Positions 10,921-18,420 of a stretch of 64,000 nucleotides of DNA are shown in pieces (the first letter of the stretch is position 1; each line of letters starts with the position of its first letter). The DNA is taken from the IMG/VR virus record IMGVR_UViG_3300005512_000003; one strand, 5' to 3'. Under the pieces are notes generated by a model. That model ran no database searches. It was not told the origin of the DNA and saw nothing but the letters and a program-made list of their open reading frames with translations. Both the position numbers and the translations under genes were made by a program. The DNA is from a virus. Its lineage: Duplodnaviria > Caudoviricetes.

Positions 10921-10970
10921 AGTCTGCATGTAAATCGTATAAATAACTAGAAACAAAGTTAAAGGGAAAA

Positions 10971-12710
10971 ATGGCAGATCGTTATCCGCTTATTGTAGAT
11001 AGTAGCACTAATACAGTTAAAGAACTCCCTTCTGGAGATAAACTGAATCTGGAAGGTGCTGGACTTGCAAACGCTGGTGTTTCTACTTTCACTGGTGATT
11101 TGTTTATTGAGGGCAACCTTCGTGTTGGAACTGGTGCCACTACCTCTTATATTATTAATGGTACGACTGGCATTACCTCCTCTACTGATACTGGTGTAAA
11201 ACTTATTTCAGTTGATACTTCTTATAGTATCACAGGTGCATCTTCTGAAGCAAGAGGTGCAGCACTGAGAGATAGAATCAGAAAACTTTCACAAACAAGA
11301 GTATCTGGTGGTTCAACAAACACTACTGGTATTGTTGTTACTTTAAACTTAGAAGCAGGAGTATATCACTTACCAGAACCAATCGTAATCGACTTTGCTC
11401 CTAACTACACCATCAAGGTTGTTGGTGCAAGTGGTATCGGAACGATTCCAGGTACAGATGGAAGACATTATTATAACCAAGCAGGATTTAAGTCTGGGGA
11501 TACTCCAGGTATCAGTACCGTCAACGCAGGATATGCAGCAACATTCTTTGCAGATTTGACTGCTTCTCCAAACGCATATCCAGATCCAATCCCAGCATCT
11601 GTTGGAACAAGTAATACGATTAGTCGCCCTTATGATAGAGCGATTGTAGAGGGTTATTATCAAACTAAAGTATTTACAGAGTCTAATATTGGTTTCTACT
11701 GCAATAGAAGTAACGTAAGATTCTATAATATTGGATTTATTAATAACCTCAAAGATCCAACTGGTGTTGGCACAACTTTAACAGTTGGCACTACTTACAA
11801 TAATGATGGGTCTCATGCAGTTTGGGGTATTAATGGTGCTGATGTCTATCTCGATAATGTTGGTATTCATGATTTTAATTGGGGATTTAGATTGGATGGA
11901 TCTGCTGGAAGAATGGATCATACTTTCGTTACATCTGCAAGAAATGCCATCCGCATATTAACTGGATCATCTTGTGGTATTGGAAGCACTTCTGGTTCAA
12001 TCAGCGGTTATTACAACTGCGTTGTTGATAACGGTAGTTCACTCAACTTCCAAAGAGATCTAGATGAATTTAGAGGTCATAGATCTTTCTTCACTAATGG
12101 CGTCACTCTTGGCGGAATCTCACTTCTTAATGGATCTTCGATGGGGCAGGTTTCTCAAGCATCTGCTGCTATTTGTATAGGAAATAACGCTGCTGCTGGA
12201 CTCTATCTTAATGATGGAAGCACTGCATCATTATACAATGACTTCTCAACTCATGGTAATGGTAGTGAAGGTATTGTAGCCAATAATGGTTCATCCGTAC
12301 AATACAGAGCATCATCTAATGCTTATAGCGAGTCTCCTCTTAAGATGGGATTCATGTGCATTGACAATGATTCTAGAGGAGTTGCAGCATCATATAACTC
12401 CTCAATGTTCATCTATGGAGGACTTGGAGGTTTCCCATCTGGAAAGATTATTGGAAACGGTGGTTATGGATCTTTGGTTCAAAACCAATCAGAAGCATAT
12501 CTGAGAACTGTTACTCCATATAATAATAATGGTTCAACAGCAGGTGAAGGAACTGCAGTAACTTCTATTCAGATTGCATCTCATTTGATGTCACACACTC
12601 AGATTGTTTCAATCAATGGTGATTATGCTTCTGCAACAGGTTTATCACCAGACTCAGATACTGAAGGGAACCAAAACTCCTTCACTTCTTCCTCAACTAC
12701 TATTACTTGA
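10971..12710 (+). CDS. Tailspike-like protein, probable right-handed beta-helix
   Basis: MADRYPL N-terminal module; LNLEAGVY; repeated N/G/S-rich NNGS/GNG rungs. Paralogue of the 19728 protein. Confidence 0.65.
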   Translation: MADRYPLIVDSSTNTVKELPSGDKLNLEGAGLANAGVSTFTGDLFIEGNLRVGTGATTSYIINGTTGITSSTDTGVKLISVDTSYSITGASSEARGAALRDRIRKLSQTRVSGGSTNTTGIVVTLNLEAGVYHLPEPIVIDFAPNYTIKVVGASGIGTIPGTDGRHYYNQAGFKSGDTPGISTVNAGYAATFFADLTASPNAYPDPIPASVGTSNTISRPYDRAIVEGYYQTKVFTESNIGFYCNRSNVRFYNIGFINNLKDPTGVGTTLTVGTTYNNDGSHAVWGINGADVYLDNVGIHDFNWGFRLDGSAGRMDHTFVTSARNAIRILTGSSCGIGSTSGSISGYYNCVVDNGSSLNFQRDLDEFRGHRSFFTNGVTLGGISLLNGSSMGQVSQASAAICIGNNAAAGLYLNDGSTASLYNDFSTHGNGSEGIVANNGSSVQYRASSNAYSESPLKMGFMCIDNDSRGVAASYNSSMFIYGGLGGFPSGKIIGNGGYGSLVQNQSEAYLRTVTPYNNNGSTAGEGTAVTSIQIASHLMSHTQIVSINGDYASATGLSPDSDTEGNQNSFTSSSTTIT

Positions 12711-12967
12711 TAACTATGTACGCCGTTTATTCTTCTGGAAAACCAGTAGCTTCATATAGTGTGTCAGCATGGTTAAATGTTGACACAACTAGATACTTTG
12801 TAGAGGGATTCAAAGTTTATAAACTTCCGAATCAATACAAGGGTTTAATTCTCTTATCACAACCAGGAAAATGGGATATTGATGATGAAGATTGGTTGAT
12901 TCCACCTACAGATGAGATTACTGAAGATCAGATTCTTGCTTTGGATGGTGTAGAAGTTATCTATTGA
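12707..12967 (+). CDS. Hypothetical protein
   Basis: ORF overlapping the stop of the upstream gene (true start may be the ATG at 12716). Confidence 0.5.
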   Translation: MITMYAVYSSGKPVASYSVSAWLNVDTTRYFVEGFKVYKLPNQYKGLILLSQPGKWDIDDEDWLIPPTDEITEDQILALDGVEVIY

Positions 12968-13057
12968 TAATACCTTCATCATATCCTCTTGACAATACCC
13001 CTTGATTCTGTGTAAAATACCTTTGTTAGGGTTGATGGGGAAGCTTTAAGACTCTAA

Positions 13058-13114
13058 GGGACACTTGAATAACTGTCACAGGGACCCCGCGGGGTCCCTT
13101 TGTCATGCTATAAT
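13058..13114 (+). promoter_or_regulatory. Early promoter: dyad box, stem-loop and TATAAT
   Basis: GGGACA-N10-TGTCAC (13058-13079), GC hairpin at 13080-13099, TG-C-TATAAT at 13109-13114. Confidence 0.7.
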
Positions 13115-13138
13115 ACATTCATGTTCAAAGGCACCTCT

Positions 13139-13198
13139 GTGATTCAACTTCGTCCTCATCAGATAGCAAGGGTTTCTAAAAAACTGCTAGGGGAATGA
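13139..13198 (+). pseudogene. Orphan duplicate of the helicase N-terminus
   Basis: GTG-IQLRPHQ followed by unrelated sequence and a stop. Matches MLTLRPHQ at 13901. Confidence 0.6.
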
Positions 13199-13202
13199 GA
13201 GA

Positions 13203-13263
13203 TAAATAATAGTGCTTTTATGTGTGGTAACTAAAAGCATAAGGGGCACTTTGCCCCTTTTTT
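13203..13263 (+). ncRNA. Putative small antisense RNA (late promoter core, hairpin, terminator)
   Basis: TAAATA 13203-08; stem TGCTTTTA/TAAAAGCA with an 11-nt loop; terminator AAGGGGCA-CTT-TGCCCCTT-TTTT. 13213-29 is complementary to 13289-13306. Confidence 0.55.
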
Positions 13264-13307
13264 ACTGTCTAAGTCTTATAAATATTACTACCACACATAA
13301 AAAGCAG

Positions 13308-13856
13308 ATGGAATACTACACTTACGCATATTTGCGTGAAGATGGAACACCCTATTATATTGGTAAAGGAAAATACCACAAAGGGTATAAGTATCATAGG
13401 ATGTCGCAGAAACACACTTGCGGTGTTCCTCCACAAAATAGAAGAATAGTGCTAAAAGATTATCTATCCTTAGAAGATTCTATAAAACACGAAGAATATA
13501 TGATAGACTTATATGGATTGATATGTGATGGGACGGGGATACTAAGAAACTTTGTAAGAGATAGTCGTGGTGGTAGTAGAAAAGGCAGAAAACTTTCAGA
13601 AGAAACTAAACAAAGAATGTCCCTTGCGATGAAAAAGCGGTGGGAAAAAGGATGCTATGATAATGAAGAATATAGAAACAAAATATCAGAAAGTAATAGG
13701 AATAGTCCAAGAGTTGTGAAACATAGTGAGGAAACAAAGACTAAGATAAGTAAGTCTGCTAAGGGAAGACAACAAAGTGAAGAGACAAGACGAAAAAGGT
13801 CTGAAAGTGTAAAGAGGTCTTGGACGCTTCGCAAAGCGGCACAGACCCTTGACTGA
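13308..13856 (+). CDS. GIY-YIG-family homing endonuclease with NUMOD3 repeats
   Basis: YYTYAYLREDGTPYYIGKG; conserved R, E (HEEYMI) and N (GILRN); three SEET(K/R) repeats; late promoter TATAAATA at 13277. Confidence 0.8.
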   Translation: MEYYTYAYLREDGTPYYIGKGKYHKGYKYHRMSQKHTCGVPPQNRRIVLKDYLSLEDSIKHEEYMIDLYGLICDGTGILRNFVRDSRGGSRKGRKLSEETKQRMSLAMKKRWEKGCYDNEEYRNKISESNRNSPRVVKHSEETKTKISKSAKGRQQSEETRRKRSESVKRSWTLRKAAQTLD

Positions 13857-13877
13857 GTGCCCTGAGGATGCTATAAT
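13821..13877 (+). promoter_or_regulatory. Early/sigma70-type promoter of the helicase, partly inside the endonuclease 3' end
   Basis: TGGACG-N10-CGGCAC box; TTGACT (13849)-17 nt-TATAAT (13872). Confidence 0.75.
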
Positions 13878-13900
13878 ACTTGTATTGATACGGAGACCTC

Positions 13901-15070
13901 TTGCTTACTCTTCGCCCGCACCAGCAGGACGCTACGGACGCTATGCTGGAGCATAAGAAAGGCACTATTGTTATTCCGACTGGTGGTGGAAAAACAATGT
14001 GTATGATTAAGTATTCGCTTGATTATTTTGACACTTATGACGCTGGCGTTATTGTAGTGGTCGCCCCCCGTCTGTTGCTGGCCGACCAACTCTGTGCTGA
14101 GTTTATGGAGTTTCACACAGATGTTGCGGTATTCCACGCACATAGTGGAGATACCAAGTATTCTAGCAGCACTCGCCCTGCTATTATTCACAACTGGAGT
14201 CAGCAAGCATATCGCAAACAACTTATTTTTACCACCTATCATTCTCTTCCTCGTTTGATGGAAGCAGAACTTGATGTTGATGTAATCCTGTTTGATGAAG
14301 CACATAACTCTGTGCAGAGAAACTTTTTCCCTGCTACGGAACACTTTGCTGCTGATTCTGATCGTTGCTATTTTTTCACTGCAACTCGCCGCACTTCTGC
14401 AACTATCTCCAAGCCTGGGATGAATGATGTTGCCGTTTATGGTGATGTTATTTACCGTGTTCCTGCTCCTAAACTGGTAAATGAGGGATATATCCTTCCT
14501 CCAGTCATTAAAGCGAAAAAGTTTGAGGTTCTTAAGGCAAATGAGATTTCTGCCGACCGTGACTGTAACAATATTATAGAAACTCTACAAGAAAACAGCA
14601 CCAGCAAAGTTCTTGTTTGCGTTAAGAGTGCTCGCCAACTTATCAACTTGATGTCTCAAACTGATTTTGCTACTCAACTGAATGATATGGGGTATTCTTA
14701 TCTTTATATCACCAGCAAGACGGGTGCAATCATTGATGGACAAAAAGTCAATCGTGAGGTTTTCTTTGATACTCTTAATGCTTGGGGCAAAGACCCTTCC
14801 AAGAAGTTTGTTTGTCTCCATCGCTCTATTTTGAGTGAAGGTATTTCTGTTAATGGTCTTGAGTCGGTTATTTTTCTTCGTAATATGGATGTGATTGAGA
14901 TGACCCAAACTATCGGAAGAGTTCTTCGCACCGCTCCTGATAAAACTTATGGTCTTTGTGTGGTGCCAGTGTATTCTCAAGTTGGTATTGCTACGGAGAA
15001 GCGTATGCAGAATGTTGTTGATACTGTTTTCGGTCGTGGTGAGATGCTTGATAGTGTAGTCAAGCGATAG
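13901..15070 (+). CDS. Superfamily 2 DEAD/DEAH-like helicase
   Basis: LRPHQ (Q motif), PTGGGKT, DEAH, TAT, SEGIS, QTIGRVLR. Confidence 0.9.
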   Translation: MLTLRPHQQDATDAMLEHKKGTIVIPTGGGKTMCMIKYSLDYFDTYDAGVIVVVAPRLLLADQLCAEFMEFHTDVAVFHAHSGDTKYSSSTRPAIIHNWSQQAYRKQLIFTTYHSLPRLMEAELDVDVILFDEAHNSVQRNFFPATEHFAADSDRCYFFTATRRTSATISKPGMNDVAVYGDVIYRVPAPKLVNEGYILPPVIKAKKFEVLKANEISADRDCNNIIETLQENSTSKVLVCVKSARQLINLMSQTDFATQLNDMGYSYLYITSKTGAIIDGQKVNREVFFDTLNAWGKDPSKKFVCLHRSILSEGISVNGLESVIFLRNMDVIEMTQTIGRVLRTAPDKTYGLCVVPVYSQVGIATEKRMQNVVDTVFGRGEMLDSVVKR

Positions 15071-15166
15071 ATATATGTGGGCAGCAACAGAAGTCTGGGG
15101 AGATAGATGTTGCGTAAGTCCCACACTTATGTTATACTAAATAGTAATAGTCATCCCCAGACTTCA

Positions 15167-15652
15167 ATGAAAGAATACTACACTTACGCATATTTGCGTG
15201 AAGACGGAACTCCCTACTATGTTGGTAAGGGTAAAGAAGATAGAGTATATAAAAAACATCGAGGACACACAGTTCCATCTAAAGATAGGATACTATTTCT
15301 AAAGAAAAATCTTACTGAAGAAGAAGCATATAAGCACGAAGTTTATATGATTGCAATACTTGGTAGGAAAGATATAAAGACTGGTATCTTACACAATAAA
15401 ACTGATGGTGGTTCTGGTGGAGATACTGGGTATCTTGGTTCTGAAGAACATAAAGAACTTATGAGAAAAAGGACAGGTGATAAGAATAGTTTTTACGGTC
15501 GCAAACACACTCCAGAGGCGCTAGAGCGTATCAGTAACGCTCTTAAGGGTAGAACCGCTTGGAACAAGGATAAGTGCCTTCCTGACGCGCAGGTGAGCGC
15601 ACACGCACTCTATATGAGAGAGTGGCGGATGAAGAACCGTCACAGGGGCTAG
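15167..15652 (+). CDS. GIY-YIG-family homing endonuclease with a NUMOD3 motif
   Basis: YYTYAYLREDGTPYYVGKG; HEVYMI; GILHNKTDGG; FYGRKHTPEALERIS. TAAATA at 15138. Confidence 0.8.
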   Translation: MKEYYTYAYLREDGTPYYVGKGKEDRVYKKHRGHTVPSKDRILFLKKNLTEEEAYKHEVYMIAILGRKDIKTGILHNKTDGGSGGDTGYLGSEEHKELMRKRTGDKNSFYGRKHTPEALERISNALKGRTAWNKDKCLPDAQVSAHALYMREWRMKNRHRG

Positions 15653-15700
15653 CATCTGCTGTTCCTTTCACTGTATAATACATTCATGACAAAGACACCA

Positions 15701-15910
15701 ATGCCTGCCATCAAAGCAAAAACCAAGTTTATTTGCGTTTCTCCCATCTCTCGCAAGGCTAAGAATCGTTTTGCTAATGAGATGTCAAACCTACATAGTT
15801 GCAAGGTAGAACAAGAAACAGAAGATATGTTTTTTCTGTCTTCTATTTCTGGTTGCTACTTTTTCTGGGTGCCTAAAACTGGTAACGAACACTGGAGGAT
15901 CGAAAAATGA
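15701..15910 (+). CDS. Hypothetical early protein
   Basis: Follows an early promoter (box 15622-15643, TATAAT 15674). Confidence 0.6.
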   Translation: MPAIKAKTKFICVSPISRKAKNRFANEMSNLHSCKVEQETEDMFFLSSISGCYFFWVPKTGNEHWRIEK

Positions 15911-16104
15911 AGGACCAAAACACAATTGCTGATGGAGAGTCCAAGAAAGACAAATGGAATCGAGGACTTGATATCTTTATTGAGTCCGTCATTGAACCCG
16001 ATCCTGCATTAAGAGCTTGCGCTCACAATCAAAAGTGTTATCATGAACTTATGGATGTGAGGGAAAATGTACTTCAGTATCTCAAAACTCTAAGGTGGAA
16101 CTGA
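15907..16104 (+). CDS. Hypothetical cyanophage protein
   Basis: ATGA-coupled ORF. Confidence 0.6.
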   Translation: MKDQNTIADGESKKDKWNRGLDIFIESVIEPDPALRACAHNQKCYHELMDVRENVLQYLKTLRWN

Positions 16105-16138
16105 GATAATTAATAAGGAACTATTCACATAACTTGAC

Positions 16139-16303
16139 ATGAATCCCGACGAAATTAGTCTCAGCACTACAAGTAGGCAGTTCACTTATGAAAAGTTGTC
16201 TCGTGAAGTAGAGAACTTGAATCTTGAACAAATCCGAGATATGTGCAAGTGCTACATTAAACTCTACCTGAAACAACAGGAATCAATCATGGGTTCTGTA
16301 TGA
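16139..16303 (+). CDS. nblA: NblA-like phycobilisome degradation adaptor (54 aa, not in the ORF track)
   Basis: MNPDEISLSTTSRQFTYEKLSREVENLNLEQIRDMCKCYIKLYLKQQESIMGSV fits the NblA pattern L..QF-x8-V.N[LM]..[ED]Q.[KR]D without gaps. Confidence 0.6.
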   Translation: MNPDEISLSTTSRQFTYEKLSREVENLNLEQIRDMCKCYIKLYLKQQESIMGSV

Positions 16304-16434
16304 AATCCAACCTCACCCCTGTGTTAATGTTTCTGGGTGTTATCTTTGCCACTCTTTGTGTTATTGTCGCAGGGTATTTTCATGGTAATATGGATGTTAC
16401 CAAAGTCTATCACTCTCTCCACAACTTTACATGA
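16300..16434 (+). CDS. Small single-TM membrane peptide (44 aa)
   Basis: MKSNLTPVLMFLGVIFATLCVIVAGYFHGNM...; ATGA-coupled at both ends. Confidence 0.6.
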   Translation: MKSNLTPVLMFLGVIFATLCVIVAGYFHGNMDVTKVYHSLHNFT

Positions 16435-16589
16435 ACCTTTCCCTGCAAGAAGTAGATCATATTCTGAAAGCACTTGAAACAATGTCATCCCATGATATTG
16501 CTCGCGCAAGAGAACATGTTGTCAATGGGGTGTCAGATCACCCAGAACTGATTCAAAAACTTAAGGACTATCGTCTTCGCCTGACTTGA
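16431..16589 (+). CDS. Small helical hypothetical protein (52 aa)
   Basis: MNLSLQEVDHILKALET...; coupled to the upstream stop. Confidence 0.55.
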   Translation: MNLSLQEVDHILKALETMSSHDIARAREHVVNGVSDHPELIQKLKDYRLRLT

Positions 16590-16869
16590 CATATGTGAAA
16601 GGATGGAAGTGTATCTACCTGTGAGGAAGATTGCCTCACGAATGTAAAAGCAAAAGCAGCACAGATTTTCAAGGTTGTAAGAGATAAGGCAGCTTACGAC
16701 CCTAAATATCAACAGATGAGAAAAACTTGGAGGGCATCCAAATGAGCACCCAACCATATAAACAGTCCGTCAAAACTGACTCAAGAGGTCACAAAGAAAT
16801 TTGGGAATGGCAGGAGACTCCTGAACTCCGAGAGTTCAGGGAAAAACAAGAAGCATTAAACAAAAAGTC

Positions 16870-17196
16870 GTGAGAATCGAAAAGTATTGGGGTTGGTATG
16901 AGATTCTGAATGAGGACCCACATTTAGTCGTAAAGAAGGTATTCCTCAATCCAGACTCCATATCACCCCTACAATATGAAACTCGTGTTACTAAGTACTG
17001 GACTCTGATCGAAGGATCAGGGTCTGTTTGTTTGGGGAAACCTGATAAGTCTACGTGGCAGACTATAGCAGGATCAACGTGGAAAGTTCACGATAAGATG
17101 ATGCATCAAATATCAGCATCCAAAGATGGTTTGTTGTATATTGAGATCATCTGTGGTAATATTGCTGATAACAATACAGTCGTATATGAGGTATAA
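16870..17196 (+). CDS. Cupin, mannose-6-phosphate isomerase type II C-terminal-like
   Basis: KYWGWYEIL...SPLQY...YWTLIEGSG...HQI...IEI pattern; some metal-binding His residues appear substituted. Confidence 0.6.
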   Translation: MRIEKYWGWYEILNEDPHLVVKKVFLNPDSISPLQYETRVTKYWTLIEGSGSVCLGKPDKSTWQTIAGSTWKVHDKMMHQISASKDGLLYIEIICGNIADNNTVVYEV

Positions 17197-17198
17197 TC

Positions 17199-17387
17199 AT
17201 GGGATATACTGATTGGAATGAGTTTGAAAGATCTCTAATGCACTTTGGTACTCGCATTGATGTGATTATGGCAATGCAAATGGCTGATAAGATTTCTGAA
17301 GAAGAGGCATATCAGCAAGTCAAATCAATGTATAAAGAGTTAAAGAAAGCACACAAAAAGTTTGACAAAGATCAAGACAACAGTTAA
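17199..17387 (+). CDS. Conserved cyanobacteria/cyanophage small protein
   Basis: F..R.D.I.AM....KIS.EEAYQQ.K..YKELK pattern. Confidence 0.55.
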   Translation: MGYTDWNEFERSLMHFGTRIDVIMAMQMADKISEEEAYQQVKSMYKELKKAHKKFDKDQDNS

Positions 17388-17414
17388 TATATAAGTGAAG
17401 ATATACCAACATCA

Positions 17415-18068
17415 ATGAAAATCTTTCTTGACACAGCAGATTTTGATGCTATTGCGACACGATATAGTACTGGACTGATTGATGGCGTCACGACAAATCC
17501 AACTCTGATTAAGAAGAGTGGTCGTGATCCTGTAGAAGTTATCAAAGAGATCTCCGAGGCATTCCCTAAAATGGAATCAATCTCTGCAGAGGTTGTTGCT
17601 GATAATGCCGCAGATATGATTGCTCAAGCAAAGGCATTTGAGGATATGGAGAATGTGACTATCAAAGTTCCGTGTACGATTGATGGTCTGCTTGCATGTC
17701 GTGATCTGTCACTGATCTATGATAAGACTGTGAATGTGACACTGATATTCTCTCCTGCTCAAGCGATTCTTGCATCAAAAGCAGGTGCAACTTATGTGTC
17801 TCCTTTTGTAGGTCGTGTGGATGATAACTCCTTCAATGGTGTTGGTCTGGTGAGAGATATTGCACAGATCTATCGTGAGCACATGGTTCGCACTCAAACA
17901 CTGGCTGCATCGATTCGTAGTGTGAATCAAGTTGCTGAGTGTTTTGCTGTGGGTGCAGAAGTTGTAACCATGCCACCAGCAATCTTTGATAAGATGTATC
18001 ATCACATTCTGACTGATAAAGGTCTGGAACTCTTTCAGAAAGACTGGGATGCAGTCACAAAGGGATAA
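17415..18068 (+). CDS. talC: Transaldolase TalC (auxiliary metabolic gene)
   Basis: MKIFLDTA, GVTTNPTLI, IKVP (Schiff-base Lys), NVTLIFS, YVSPFVGR, LAASIR, HILTDKGL. Confidence 0.95.
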   Translation: MKIFLDTADFDAIATRYSTGLIDGVTTNPTLIKKSGRDPVEVIKEISEAFPKMESISAEVVADNAADMIAQAKAFEDMENVTIKVPCTIDGLLACRDLSLIYDKTVNVTLIFSPAQAILASKAGATYVSPFVGRVDDNSFNGVGLVRDIAQIYREHMVRTQTLAASIRSVNQVAECFAVGAEVVTMPPAIFDKMYHHILTDKGLELFQKDWDAVTKG

Positions 18069-18110
18069 ATAGTCTTACCATAAATCTGTTTCAACTGGAG
18101 GTTGATCCTA

Positions 18111-18386
18111 ATGGCATTCACAGAAAGACACGAACACAAACTAGAAATCATTCCACCATACAATACTATTCAATGTCGTAGAGCAGATATTATTGAAAAA
18201 GATGGTAAAGAAGTTGGTAGAACATATCACCGTCATGTTAGAGTTCCTGGTAGTGATGTCTCAGAAGATTGTGCAGAACTTCAAGCAGTCGCAGCAGCAT
18301 TGTGGACTGAAGAAGTGATTGCAGCATATCAAGCATCTGTTGCAGAACAAAATCCTGCTAGCCCTGTTGGTATTGCATCGACTTAA
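18111..18386 (+). CDS. Probable tail fibre assembly chaperone
   Basis: IQCRRA.IIEKDG.E..RTYHRH...D...AVAAALWT motif; GGAGG RBS; adjacent to a YEEGTWTP fibre gene. Confidence 0.6.
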   Translation: MAFTERHEHKLEIIPPYNTIQCRRADIIEKDGKEVGRTYHRHVRVPGSDVSEDCAELQAVAAALWTEEVIAAYQASVAEQNPASPVGIAST

Positions 18387-18420
18387 TAAATAGTCTTACT
18401 GATTCATAGTAAGACTATAA

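Noticed and set aside
13212-13307. Upstream extensions in the ORF track (13212, 15107, 39305, 37018, 36359)
   Set aside because: They run through promoters and hairpins; better starts are 13308, 15167, 39425, 37066 and 36455.
13163-13900. Group I intron interrupting the helicase
   Set aside because: No intron core is recognisable, and the downstream gene has its own promoter and complete N-terminus.
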